From the NCBI RefSeq assembly GCF_022045235.1, contig NW_027266341.1, positions 33,356,001-33,420,000 on the forward strand: DNA of 64,000 bases, given 5' to 3'. Within the stretch, counting starts at the first letter, position 1. Every line of letters begins with the position of its first letter. This stretch comes from Haliotis cracherodii. Taxonomy: Eukaryota. Position numbers and translations under genes: made by a program. Below, one piece after another: positions 38,621-51,922 of this stretch. The notes below the pieces were generated by a model. That model made no database searches. It worked only from the letters and a program-made list of their open reading frames with translations, and had not been told where the DNA came from.

Positions 38621-40223
38621 CTTTACACCCTGCACCAGAATACCTTGGAGACTCTGAGCTTATATAAGACTACCAAGGTTACAAAGCTTACATCGGACTC
38701 CCATTGGATGCAGTGGCCCAAAACAACTAAGAGGAAGTCTTTGTGTCGTCTGTCCTTGTAAAATTAACATACATAAACAAATCTGTTATCGCTAGCATCC
38801 TCTTTGATGGTGTTGCGTGCCGTGATGGGGTGAGTTGGGTATGTGAGATGGCTACAAGTCAAGCTTTGTCGGTGGTCAGGACGTGTGACACGACCAGCAC
38901 TCCCCACTGCCACCTCTGCGTAACCCGACCCACCAGCAACATAGAAAGGACTGTTTATTGCTGATCAATATCTTGTACCTAACAGGAAAGTGCCTTCTTG
39001 ATTATTCTCAGTGATTTGTAAAACAGGGATGGATGACTTGGCTTTGGTCAGGACTGATCCACTGCTCAGGAAATATTATCGTCCGTCTTGTTTTTTTCAC
39101 TGTTTTGGAGATACAATGTGAGATATAGCAACTTCTGTTGGACTGAATTGGAGAAGTATGTTCAGAATGTGGACCGTGTTGGCAGATCGCTGCGTCATAT
39201 CTGTTCCGCGTCCTCCTGCCAGGTAGATAGTATGTCCTCTGGTATGTCGTCCCTTGATCCTGTTGGAATGCCAGTTAGTTTCCCTGACTGCTGATCCACA
39301 AGGATCAGGCTAGATCTGATAAACAATAAACGTTTGTCCTGATGTGAAATACGAGCTTGTTGTCCACTAAATAACGTGTGACAGTAACTGTTATGCCCTT
39401 TATCACTGATGACCCTTGCCACTTTCAGGCTAACTTACAACAAGAGGTACATGTGACAGTAGTGGAGACAGTTCGTGGGTTTGTGAAAGTCTAAGGGAGG
39501 CAACTCTTGCAAGCTGTATGATGATTCCCTCTTGCGTTTTAATGATTTCAGACCTGAAGAATCAATTAATCAAGACCCAGAGAATCAATGAATCCATAAT
39601 CAATCAATGTGGTCCTTTTTGAGGAGTTGTAAACGATGCTGAATTTCAAGCATAGATACCAGGAGTTAAATGCATCCAGACAACAGGTCATTTTGAAAAA
39701 AAATAATATATTTTTCATTGCTATTATTAGGGCACAAAAAAAAACTTTTCTCAGAATGCAGACCATATCAAACCCTAAATTAGGATGAAATCTTGCATTG
39801 AAATTGTTGGGTCATAATTTTTCTTTATTTCTTCTGTGTTTTTAGTGTTTGTTTGCAGACATCCATGTGGAATGTTTTTTGGTTGGTTTGTTGCTTAATG
39901 CCGTACTCAGCAATATTTCAGCTATATGACGATGGCCTGTCAATAGTCAAGACTGGACCAGACAAACCAGTGATCGATATTGTGAGCAATATGTATTATG
40001 AGTGGTATGATGACACTCAATCAGCCAAGTGCCCAAGCCTAAAAATTCCAAACCATGTGATGTGATTTGAACCACGGATCACCTGATCCGAAGTCGGGCA
40101 CCTTGTCCATATCACCAAAGAGATTACCTTTTCAAATGTCTATGTAAAGCTGAAAAATCAGAGGCTGCAAAGGGTGTTTCAGTTGTGGGCTGACATTCAA
40201 CTGCAGACAAGGACAACATGAAG

Positions 40224-40261
<38 letters not shown>
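40224..40261. repeat. (GAT)n microsatellite
   Basis: About 12 perfect units. Confidence 0.95.
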
Positions 40262-40264
<3 letters not shown>

Positions 40265-40392
40265 GAAGTAAATTTAGATACAAATGTAGATGTAGACTAA
40301 TGGTGCTTAACACCACCGACCGGCTACATTAGTAACACTGAACAATAATGCCAGAAGCAACATTAAACCCATTTTGTTCACTGATTCAAGTG

Positions 40393-42260
40393 TCCTAGGT
40401 TGTGTGATATGTCCTTCTGTTGAAGTCTACATGCAAGGGGAATAACTGACAGCTATGACAGTATACATCAAGCAGTATCCCTAGGTTGTGTGATATGTCC
40501 TGTTGAAGTCTACATGCAAGGGGAATAACTGACAGCTATGACAGTATACATCAAGCAGTATCCTAGGTTGTGTGATATGTCCTTCTGTTGAAGTCTACAT
40601 GCAAGGGGAATAACTCTGTCAGATATGGCAGTATACATCAAGCAGTATCCTAGGTTGTGTGATATGTCCTTCTGTTGAAGTCTATGTGCAAGGGGAATAA
40701 CTCCGTCAGATATGGCAGTATACATCAAGCAGTATCCTAGGTTGTGTGATATGTCCTTCTGTTGAAGTCTACATGCAAGGGGAATAACTCCGTCAGATAT
40801 GGCAGTATACATCAAGCAGTATCCCCAGGTTGTGTGATATGTCCTTCTGTTGAAGTCTACATGCAAGGGGAATAACTGACAGCTATGACAGTATACATCA
40901 AGCAGTATCCTAGGTTGTGTGATATGTCCTTCTGTTGAAGTCTACATGCAAAGGGAATAACTCCGTCAGATATGGCAGTATACATCAAGCAGTATCCTAG
41001 GTTGTGTGATATGTCCTTCTGTTGAAGTGTACATGCAAGGGGAATAACTCTGTCAGATATGGCAGTATACATCAAGCAGTATCCCAGGTTGTGTGATATG
41101 TCCTTCTGTTGAAGTCTATGTGCAAGGGGAATAACTCCGTCAGATATGGCAGTATACATCAAGCAGTATCCTAGGTTGTGTGATATGTCCTTCTGTTGAA
41201 GTCTACATGCAAGGGGAATAACTCCGTCAGATATGGCAGTATACATCAAGCAGTATCCCTAGGTTGTGTGATATGTCCTTCTGTTGAAGTCTACATGCAA
41301 GGGGAATAACTGACAGCTATGACAGTATACATCAAGCAGTATCCTAGGTTGTGTGATATGTCCTTCTGTTGAAGTCTACATGCAAAGGGAATAACTCCGT
41401 CAGATATGGCAGTATACATCAAGCAGTATCCTAGGTTGTGTGATATGTCCTTCTGTTGAAGTGTACATGCAAGGGGAATAACTCTGTCAGATATGGCAGT
41501 ATACATCAAGCAGTATCCCAGGTTGTGTGATATGTCCTTCTGTTGAAGTCTATGTGCAAGGGGAATAACTCCGTCAGATATGGCAGTATACATCAAGCAG
41601 TATCCTAGGTTGTGTGATATGTCCTTCTGTTGAAGTCTACATGCAAGGGGAATAACTCCGTCAGATATGGCAGTATACATCAAGCAGTATCCCTAGGTTG
41701 TGTGATATGTCCTTCTGTTGAAGTCTACATGCAAGGGGAATAACTGACAGCTATGACAGTATACATCAAGCAGTATCCTAGGTTGTGTGATATGTCCTTC
41801 TGTTGAAGTCTACATGCAAAGGGAATAACTCCGTCAGATATGGCAGTATACATCAAGCAGTATCCTAGGTTGTGTGATATGTCCTTCTGTTGAAGTCTAC
41901 ATGCAAGGGGAATAACTCTGTCAGATATGGCAGTATACATCAAGCAGTATCCCCAGGTTGTGTGATATGTCCTTCTGTTGAAGTCTACATGCAAGGGGAA
42001 TAACTCCGTCAGATATGGCAGTATACATCAAGCAGTATCCCTAGGTTGTGTGATATGTCCTCCTGTTGAAGTCTACATGCAAGGGGAATAACTCCGTCAG
42101 ATATGGCAGTATACATCAAGCAGTATCCCTAGGTTGTGTGATATGTCCTTCTGTTGAAGTCTACATGCAAAGGGAATAACTCCGTCAGATATGGCAGTAT
42201 ACATCAAGCAGTATCCTAGGTTGTGTGATATGTCCTTCTGTTGTAGTCTACATGGAAAGG
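40393..42260. repeat. Minisatellite, 87-bp unit with a 434-bp five-unit higher-order repeat
   Basis: aagtctac at 40591 and 40678; identical blocks at 40857, 41291 and 41725. Confidence 0.96.
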
Positions 42261-43705
42261 GAAGTATTGCAGTTAGTTTGTAATAATGATTCTGTGGCAT
42301 AGTCTTTTGAATCTGCATGCAAGGGAAATAACTTATGATATACAAGTCAGTAGACATCAAGCTGTACATAGGTTGTGTGATATATATGTCCTCTTGATGT
42401 TTACATTCAAGGGAATAACTCTGTGATTGTAATACACTGTAGAGCCTCAATCACCAATCCTCTAGAAGAGAGACTGTAAGACACATGATACCAGTACCTG
42501 ACAGAGCCATCATCTAGTGTTTTTGTTGTTTAACGCCGCACTCGGCAATATCCAATACGACAGCAGCTTGTAAATAATCAAGTCTGGACGAGACAATCTC
42601 TCAGTTGCAGGTTAAGATGTTGAGATTTTTTGTTGACAGGTCTTCAGGAATACATCAAGAGGCTTGACTCCACCACTCTGAGTTTCTGCCCCCTTAACAA
42701 GTGTTTTTGAGGTTTTATTTCAGCCCTGCATATAAACTTGTACCAGAATAATACCTTCCTTTACATAAACACTGAAGCCTGCCCCCTGTCCAATGTGGTA
42801 CTTGTCCTTGGTTTACACCTGATTGAGTTCTCACCAAACCTAAAGGGACAACGTGTCTGTGTATACATGTAACTGGAACATGGTAGACTGGGTCTAGTCT
42901 CTGTTGGAGTGTTCTTCCTTGATACAATGATACTACTTGTATAAGCCAGCTGTCTCCAGGCAGAGCCACTTACACACTATGTACTAGATCAGCGTTTTAT
43001 ACAAATAGCCACACTCTAGCCAGGAAAACACACTTTGCAGACAATATTTTCTTGTTTGGTAATTCATTTTTATTTATTTTGGGGGCGCAGGGGGGGATTA
43101 ATTTTTTTTTTTAGTTGGTTTACTGAACTTTGTTTTGTTCTTGTAATAATAGATGCAGCGTTAAACTTGAACTCACTCACTCACTCACTCTTACAATGAT
43201 GGTGGTTGAAAATATGGAAATATTATATGTAAATGACCATCGGTTAATTTCCTGAATTTATGCCCATTTTTCATGGCTTAACGACTGCCCAACAGGATTT
43301 GTCATATCTGAGGGCTGTAAATCAACATGGCTTCAAACTTTGCGGTAAACACTTAGCTCTGAATTACAATTTTCGCAATGAATACTCTTTTCAACACAAA
43401 GTGATATTGCATGTTAACTTCAGTTTTGTTTCTTTTTTATTGCATTTGAGTCGGTGTTTAAATATTATCCCGAAAGTCATTTTAATATTATTTTCATTTT
43501 GCTATTTTTCATTCAGTAAATCCGTAAATAACAACAATGAAATTAATCTCCTCTGTTGTATCGTGAGATGTAAGAAATTAAAGAATTAAAATTCATTATA
43601 TCTTGATACAAAGGGACATAACTCCATTCTACGTTCTTCAGGAAATTTGGCAATTGAGACGGTATCAGTTGGAAGAAGACTGTCCAGATTAGCAGGGTTT
43701 GACTG

Positions 43706-43962
43706 TACAGAGACTACGACCCAGTCTAGTTGCATCAGTTCAGGACACTGTCCGGTATACAGAGACTACGACCCAGTCTAGTTGCACCAGTTCGGGACAC
43801 TGTCTGGTATACAGAGACTATGACCCAGTCTAGTTGCACCAGTTCGGGACACTGTCCGGTATAAAGAGACTATGACCCAGTCTAGTTGCACCAGTTCGGG
43901 ACACTGTCCCGTATACAGAGACTACAACCCAGTCTAGTTGCACCAGTTCAGGACACTGTCCG
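43706..43962. repeat. Minisatellite, 52-bp unit, five copies
   Basis: tacagagactacgacccagtctagttgcaccagttcgggacactgtccggta. Confidence 0.93.
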
Positions 43963-44484
43963 ACACACAAGTCTGCACAGATCACGCATGGGTTACAATG
44001 ATCAGAGTCTGTCATGGTACAGAATACATCACCGGGGCAGTGGTGCCGGCCATGTCTTACCGTTTCTCCTCCATCACATAGAATATATTTTCTGTTCAAG
44101 CTCTGCATGTAAATGGTGCCAAGATTTTGTCTGTCTGAAGTGTCTTTCGTTCCAAGGAGGCATTTCTCTGTTACATGTTGTATTGCACTCTGACAACATT
44201 CAACAATGATTTATCACATTCTTGACAGTGTCTCACTGTAATGTTTTTGTCCTTTTTAATATTTTTGTATCTCATTTTATATGACCAAGGTAAATTCATG
44301 TCAAGTGTGTAGTTATATTTGGTCAGTGTTTTCTATAATTTTTGGATATTTTTGTAAGTGATTTTGATGGCTCATTAATGCTATGTTGGATGCGAGCCTG
44401 TTTTTCAGTATGACCCTGAGGTTTTCGGAGGGTGAAGGTATCAGTATTTTTTTTTCACAATGTCTTTCATCTCTTTCTTTTCAG

Positions 44485-44565
44485 TTGGAATCTTTCTTCA
44501 TTCTTCCCCCTCATGAGCGAAAGTTTGTACCTCGGGAAAGACAAAGACTACAGACAATGTTAGCT
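44485..44565 (+). CDS. MICU3: Candidate alternative MICU3 exon: LESFFILPPHERKFVPRERQRLQTMLA
   Basis: Strong pyrimidine tract tctttcatctctttcttttcag|, donor |gtacgt, 81 bp, phase 0-0, no stop. It begins LExxF like the next exon. Confidence 0.5.
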
Positions 44566-44957
44566 GTACGTCTCCCTAGTCACTACTGTTCCCAGAATCA
44601 CAACACGCAATCTAGGTCACATTTATCACGGTCTGGGTCCTAAACCTTCATTAAGGAAAATTATTACAAGCCACTAATATTCTTAATATGAATTCCCTAA
44701 TGTAAAAGAAGACAGGAATCATTAAATGTGATTATATGAATCACAATAATAATTGATCCTTGATATTATTATCCCTTCTTATGTAATAAGTAATTGAAAC
44801 CCTGGTAATTGTATATATATAAAGTTCTAATGAGTCTTGTTGAACTTTGATGTACAGAGCTAAACAAGATTTCCTTCACCATCAGCTCTCAGGGCTAGAC
44901 TAGAGTCCTGCAGCGTCAGGGTTCATGTAGACTTTTTTGTTAATTAGTGTCACCCAG

Positions 44958-44999
44958 TATAGCATCATCACCTCTTTATCAGTTTCGCCTCTCCCCACG
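44958..44999 (+). CDS. Weak candidate cassette mini-exon: YSIITSLSVSPLPT
   Basis: cccag| ... acg|gtaccg, 42 bp, phase 0-0, with three TGCATG 35-65 nt downstream. The donor is weak and there is no homology support. Confidence 0.2.
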
Positions 45000-45247
45000 G
45001 TACCGACCTATTGCTTCCCCCCTCATCCCCCCCTGCATGTGCATGTGCATTGTGTGCTGCATGTTGTGACACGTTTGGTTGCTTGGTATTTAGACTGGGA
45101 CTTTGCAGTGCTTGCCAGTCTTTGCTAGACCCTTTGCCTGGTGTGTTCTGTTGCCTGCAATGCTTGTTTATGTTTTGTTCTTAACCACTTAACAGTGATG
45201 CGTTTCCTGTTTAATTGACCCACTACACATCTGTGTGTTTTAATTGA

Positions 45248-45362
45248 CCAGGGCCCACTTGCACAAAGCGATTTTAGCGCTAAGATGATGGTAACTCCCA
45301 TACTTTAACATGGGCTTACAATAGTCTTAGCGCTAAGATCGCTTTGTGCATGTGGGCCCTGG
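45248..45362. mobile_element. Short foldback MITE (GGGCCC termini, Harbinger-like)
   Basis: ccagggcccacttgcacaaagcgattttagcgctaaga ... tcttagcgctaagatcgctttgtgcatgtgggccctgg. Confidence 0.75.
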
Positions 45363-45454
45363 ATTAACAAATCCATAACCCAACAGCATGTCTGAAACTG
45401 CTTACCGTGGAGACCACCGGAGTGTGACTGTATACAGATATATACCGTGTATAC

Positions 45455-46130
45455 AGACTCTCCACTAGGTGTATATGTCAGAGACCCTCAACATAGGTGT
45501 ATAGATCTATGTCAAGATCCCTCTGCTTGGGGTTATATATCAACGACTCCTTGCTAGGTATATATTGATTCTGCTAGGTTTATATGTCAACAACTTTTCT
45601 ATAGGAATATATCTCAACGACTCTCTGCTAGGTGTATACATCAACGACTCTGTACTAGGTGTATATATCGACTCTCTGCAAGGTGTATATATCAATGACT
45701 TTTCTAAAGGTATATATGTCAATGTCTCTCCGCTAGGGGTAATATATCAATGACTATATGCTAGGTATATATATCCACTACTCTCTGGTAAGGGTATATA
45801 TCAATGACTATCTGCTGGGTATATATATCCATGACTCTCTGCTAAGGGTATATATCAATGACTATCTGCTGGGTATATATATCCACGACTCTCTGCTAAG
45901 GGTATATATCAATGACTATCTGCTAGGTATATATATCCAGGACTCTCTGCTAGGTGTATATATCAATGACTTTTCTAAAGGGATATATTGACCCCACTAG
46001 GTCTATATGTCAACAACTTCTCACTAAGTGTATATATCAACAATTCTGCCAAGGTGTGCATGTCAGCGACTTTTCACTAGGTGAATATATCAACAACTCT
46101 GCCAGATGTATGTATCAACGACTCTGCTGG
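45455..46130. repeat. Degenerate minisatellite, 27-bp unit (54-bp dimer core)
   Basis: gactctctgctaggtgtatatatcaa. Confidence 0.85.
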
Positions 46131-46236
46131 GGATAATTCTCATTGACCCTCAGCAAGGTGTATATAATAACCACTGTATGCAAGGCATGCTAATATCAAT
46201 GACTATCAGATAGTGGGCATATATATATATATAAAC

Positions 46237-46688
46237 ACAACTCGCAGCTAGGTGTTCTACATCGCTGTTCTCAGCTACGATTCATATATCCATGAGTCTG
46301 CTAGGTGTTTTTATCCAACTCGCGAGATACAACTCGCAGCTTGGTGTTCTACATCGCTGCTGTCAGCTACGATTCATATATCCATGAGTCTGCTAGGTGT
46401 TTTTATCCAACTCGCGAGATACAACTCGCAGCTTGGTGTTCTACATCGCTGCTGTCAGCTACGATTCATATATCCATGAGTCTGCTAGGTGTTTTTATCC
46501 AACTCGCGAGATACAACTCGCAGCTTGGTGTTCTACATCGCTGCTGTCAGCTACGATTCATATATCCATGAGTCTGCTAGGTGTTTTTATCCAACTCGCG
46601 AGATACAACTCGCAGCTAGGTGTTCTACATCGCTGCTGTCAGCTACGATTCATATATCCATGAGTCTGCTAGGTGTTTTTATCCATGA
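46237..46688. repeat. Minisatellite, 92-bp unit, ~5 copies
   Basis: Identical ORF-track entries at 46305, 46397 and 46489. Confidence 0.95.
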
Positions 46689-48563
46689 CCCTCCGATGTT
46701 AATATCACCTCTCTCAGCTAGGCATGTACGCATCACAAGCTCTCACTGAGGAATATTCTCTACAACCTGCTTCAGCATGGGTAGAAAACTGCCAGGAACT
46801 CCCTCCGCAGGAGTTCTATTTCTTCCATTTCTCAGTCTAGATGAATTTGAACCATGTTCAACGATGTATGTTTCACGTGTTGATTGACATGGATTGTTCC
46901 TTGCTGTCATCACTGGGTCAGTCACTTGTCACTGAGCCATCGATTGTGTCGATCATGTCATTGATTGCTTCGTTGACAACTGACAGTTCTAGGCCGTTTG
47001 TCATGTTAAGTCATATGTGACAGGTAAGTCGTCCATGGCCAGAGTGTAGAGTTATGAAATTATGACAGATACTATAGCATTGGAATGTTGGATTTCAGGA
47101 ATACCTGTCGATAGTATGAAGAATGTGACAGAAACGTGTGGTTATGAATGCATATCTTGGAGAACTAGCTGATCATTAGTGATCTGACAGAGACCGTATA
47201 GTTTGCATGGAAACCTGTAATATCAGATGTTGATTATTTATTACCCGTGTACACACCCATCAGAATCATGCATCAATTGCTCACGGATTGTCACACCTAG
47301 TTTTCTGCCATTGGAGAAGGCATTCATATTAGGACTCAAAATCTCAAAATTATAACTCTCGGAAGGATAAATATATGAAGTCACGTTAAAGGTGTCGATC
47401 ATTTGTTGGACACTGATGAAGTAGATGATCGAAGTCCATCTTTGGTGTATGTGTGCCAGTGAATTAACCTTTGTAGTGAATATTGTACAACATGTTCGTG
47501 AAATAATACACTGTGGATTTCAGCTATTACATTTGGTTTGGTATATTGTTTTGTAAGAATGGGCTGCATATTATAGCTATGCATTATCATATTTTGCAAT
47601 ATTATTGGATGTAATGGCCAGCTTTTGGATAGCAGTGTATGGAGACGATCTAACACATAATTGACTGCATAATGGTAACATTGTGGGATATTTGGATATT
47701 ATATCTTTTTACTTGATTTTTAAGATATTGCAAAGTACTAACTCATTTTGTTCACTGGCTGGGATTTTAAAACTTGACTTTTAATATTTTTTATGTGTAT
47801 CATCTACACCATACAAGTAACTTCCGTGTCGTTGAAATCACACTGTTAGCTTAGTCTTGTGGGTTAAGTTAAAATCAACCTTACCTGAAATTTACACTTA
47901 AAATATGTTCCAAATATGAAATTTCAAACAACATTCAGGGATAGAACGCTAAATGACTTCAGAAAATTTAGAAACAAGAAAAACCTGAAAAAATAGTTTG
48001 AAGTACTGTTTTTTTGTGTGTGTGTGAGACTCAATCAGGTTCAAAGTCAAATCAAACATTGGACGTATGAACAAAAGTTGTGTCAAGCTGAGTTGAAATA
48101 CCATTTTTGAGACATGTATTGACCAACAGATGTACTTTTCTGTTTCTCTTGAAGTCAATAAAGTTGAAAGGAACATTGTCGCATATCCTGAAGTGTTTTC
48201 AACTTTACCGCTAATTTGCCCAAAATTTGCATTTGACTTAAACACAAAAATTCAGTCGCTTATTAGTGAGTGGGATTCTCGAAAAATGTCCTAACTTTAT
48301 GATTCATATTTACCAACATTTTCCCTCCCCTGATCATGCTTTTGACATGATCTACAAAACTACACCAGAATTTGCCACAGAAATAGGATTTTCAGTGTGA
48401 AACACACAGTGTAGGTGCGATGATACTTGATGGATTATAAGCTGGCTGTGTACCAGGTAAGTGATGGACAGCTATGTATTTTTGACATGTAATTGACATG
48501 TAATAGACATGCCATCTACGTGCCGAGTGTGACAGGTCATGTGATATTGCCCGACTATTGCAG

Positions 48564-48623
48564 CTGGAGCGAGTGTTTAGCAAGCAGCCTGACTCTGAGG
48601 ATGGCGAGGGAAGGAAGATGGAA
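48564..48623 (+). CDS. MICU3: MICU3-like exon: LERVFSKQPDSEDGEGRKME
   Basis: ttgcag| and |gtaggt, 60 bp, phase 0-0. LERVFSK corresponds to the LQEIFRK helix that follows EFLV in vertebrate MICU3. Confidence 0.8.
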
Positions 48624-49200
48624 GTAGGTGGCGCCACTGTCTAACAAACTCTGACATAGTAATGCATGCTGTTTTGCATACATACCTCCAGTATAATATA
48701 AGTTTGATATTTTTGTATTAGTCGGTTCTTTTTAATACATTTTGGCATATACAGTATGCCTGGATTATGAAATTCAAGTGTATGCCATTTCAAGGATCTT
48801 ATTTACCTGTAGATTTCAGTTATGTTGTATGAGTAATTTTAAGTAAAGTTTTATTTCTCTAGCAATATTTATGTAGAATTCTGAATGTTCCTCAATGTTA
48901 TTCATAAGTTTAGTTCGATTTATGTTTTAAACGTGACGAAGATTAGCTACATTTTGAATTAGATGTCAAAGAACTGATCAAAGTAGCAATATGCCGTCAA
49001 TATTATGATCAAAACATTTTCTTTGTCTGATGACATAAATATTAGTTCCATTTATCACATCAATATTCCTTAAAAATCGAAAACAAGAAAGTTTTGTTTG
49101 ACCTTATCTTACTTGGTTTCCACATTACCCTTCCACTTAAGATGAAGAACCATCTGTAAAAGGCTTTGATCCTGGCCTCTGTGGGCTACATACAAGGCTG

Positions 49201-49350
49201 CAGGGTTAGAAATTGGCATTATAGTCCTTGCCAATCTGCCCTATAGTTAAGGTATCATAAGGACTAGTAGATATTTGCCATTTCTAAGGGTTTTGCTATA
49301 TATTATCATTATAAAGACTAGTCGACTAAAAATGTTAGTTTCTACCGCTG
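49201..49350. mobile_element. MITE with CAGGGTTAGAAA / TTTCTACCGCTG termini
   Basis: Imperfect TIRs flanked by a ggctg direct repeat. Confidence 0.5.
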
Positions 49351-50739
49351 GGCTGCGGGTGATGCTCCTATATAAATCCAGCGTCCGATAATACGGGGGT
49401 CGTATGTTCTGTTCCTGCAAGTGGTCCTAGTATCAGAATATTGACGGTAGCTGCATTGAGAGAAAGACAGCTGGTACTACCTAGACACATGTACATTTCT
49501 TCCTGCTAGGTTTTGTCCAAAGTGATTCCAGTAAGTATAGCTAACCACATAGACACAGGTCACGCCGGCGCCGGCATTGGCGCCGACAGTTCCGGTCACC
49601 TATAGTTCCGGTCACCTATAGACAAGTAGTACACTAACCACAATGGTAGTGAATACACAGTGCGGTGTTGGTGCTTCTTAATAGCTTCTAGACACTAGAT
49701 GTTTTACCTAGGCGTTGTTCGCCCTGTGATGCACACTTTTTCCCACATCGTCCATGCTGGATAAATCAGGTCTCTCATTTCATATGAAATAAAATTATGG
49801 TGAGATTTCTTTTTTCCATATATTTATATAACAGTACTTATTTATTACTTACACCCAATTATGATCTAATTTTCTATACGTGTGATAACTGAATAAGTAC
49901 CTATGTTAATTTAGTAACATACTTATATCTTACTTACACCAATATTGAATGTGATTGTTTATATACAAGTGAGATAATTGAATTGGTTCCTATGTGTTAT
50001 TAAGTTTTATCATACTTACCGATAGAGTCTATATATGTATCACCCTAACAAATTCTGTGTATCACCCTAACTGTCTTAGTTGTTGAACTAAGAGTTGGTG
50101 TAGTGGGCGGCTGTTCAATTCATTGTTTTACTAACATTTGAACATTGATGTCACCAATATGTGACGGTGAGATGTTTTCACAAGTTTATTCATTTTTAAT
50201 GGTCTTGATTTACTTTCTGACCTTTTAAAAGCTTAACAGCAGATTACAACCTTGTGTACTTAAACTAATTCTCTATAACTACAGCTGTTGGCAGGTTTAA
50301 CTGCTTGTGTTGTTTGTTTTATTGTTAACATGAGGATATGCTCATTTCTGACAGTTAACAGGGCCGTCATTAACTATGGTAGCACCTTGACCGCAGTCAA
50401 AATTTGAAAATGAAAAAATCAACCCCACACAATATGACCCTTTTTTCCAAGCAAGCAAATCTTTCTAATATGGTGCCAATATGTTATATTTGTTGGAATT
50501 GTATTTTGAAAAAATGTTCTGTTTGCCTTTGAACTCTTGTCCAGTTGAGGTGTTGCCTTCATTGAAGGGAGACAACTCTGCTGTTACACATGGGAACTGT
50601 TATTGGCTCTGTTGGTCCGACTGTAGAGATGAGCATATATCTGTCTGAGTTTCCTACTGGGAGCAAGTGTTGTGATTGGTTCACTCTTGAAGGTGTTTTG
50701 TGAACCTCATGTGACATGTTGGTCGTCTGTGTTGTGTAG

Positions 50740-50831
50740 GCAGTGGAGACGAGAATACAGGACACGTCTCTGATGATCCACTTCTTTGGCAAGTATGGAA
50801 AGGACGTCCTCAAGTATGACGACTTTCACAG
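50740..50831 (+). CDS. MICU3: MICU3-like exon: AVETRIQDTSLMIHFFGKYGKDVLKYDDFH(R)
   Basis: gtgtag| and |gtaagc, 92 bp, phase 0-2. Contains the MICU-family DTxLxxHFFGxxG motif. Confidence 0.93.
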
Positions 50832-51216
50832 GTAAGCCAGACGCACAGGGGTGCTGTGAAAATATCCTACTGAAAACAAGTTAAGGAACACTCACAATTG
50901 GAAGTCAGTGTGTTGCAGCATCCAGCAGCCATGAGAGATTAACTGCTGTCATATAAAAAAAAAATCATGCGTTCTTTAACTTCTTTTAAGTAGTATAGAA
51001 TTGTGAGTCAACTCCCAGGCATATCGGCCCTTCTGTGATACATGGATTTAAGAACAGAATGGGACTTTACAGGAGACATGTTGCTGGATGTTGCGGATTA
51101 ATCTGTGACCATGTCAGCCACATCGGGGTTGGGGGACGGGCGTTCATGGGCAGAATGTGAGTTTGTCACATACTTCTGTCAACCCATGGAATAACATGGC
51201 ATCTTGTGTTGACCAG

Positions 51217-51394
51217 ATTCATGGAGAACCTGCAGAGTGAGGTGATTGAGCTGGAGTTCCTGGAGTTCTCCAAGGGCATGAACACGATCTCTGAGGTGGA
51301 CTTCGCCCACATCCTCCTCCGCTACACCCTGCTTGACCGCGCCGAGATTGACGAGTGCATTGCCAGGGTCAAGGACAGGATTCAGCAAGAGAAG
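51217..51394 (+). CDS. MICU3: MICU3-like exon: FMENLQSEVIELEFLEFSKGMNTISEVDFAHILLRYTLLDRAEIDECIARVKDRIQQEK
   Basis: gaccag| and |gtaact, 178 bp, phase 2-0. Matches MICU3 FMDNLQTEVLEIEF...GMNTISEEDFAHILLRYT. Confidence 0.95.
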
Positions 51395-51813
51395 GTAACT
51401 TTGTCAGATGCTGGATAAAAATGGGGTTATTGTCTCCTAGAGACACTGAAACAAAAATTTCCAAACATTTTGAAGTCTACTTTAGCAAGTGCACATTTTT
51501 TCAGTTTTTTGGAAGAACTTCTCAGGGCTCATGTCTATTATTTCAAGAGACAATTAAACAATAAGAATCCTCAAATGTATACTTATTTGAGAGATTAAGT
51601 GTTAGTCAAGAAGTTATCTTGCAAACACATTCGCTTTCAGTATTGCACTGCACAGCCTTTGACAGGGAAACTTTTCTTGGCCCATAAGTCCAAATTGAGA
51701 TTTATCAGTTTTGTGTTTTATGAAAGTTTTGCATGTTGATGAACATGGCAGTGTTTTTGCTGTTTAATCTGATTGGCATTGCCAGCTATTCTGAGACTTT
51801 GTGGACATTTCAG

Positions 51814-51922
51814 GGCATTACTTTCCAAGAGTTCAAGAAGTTCTGTCAGTTCTTGAACAACCTGGATGATTTCTCGATCGCCATGAAGATGTATACCTAT
51901 GCCCAACAGCCTGTCTCCCAAG
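51814..51922 (+). CDS. MICU3: MICU3-like exon: GITFQEFKKFCQFLNNLDDFSIAMKMYTYAQQPVSQ
   Basis: tttcag| and |gtatgt, 109 bp, phase 0-1. Contains the MICU motif GITFxEFxxFxQFLNNLxDF. Confidence 0.95.
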
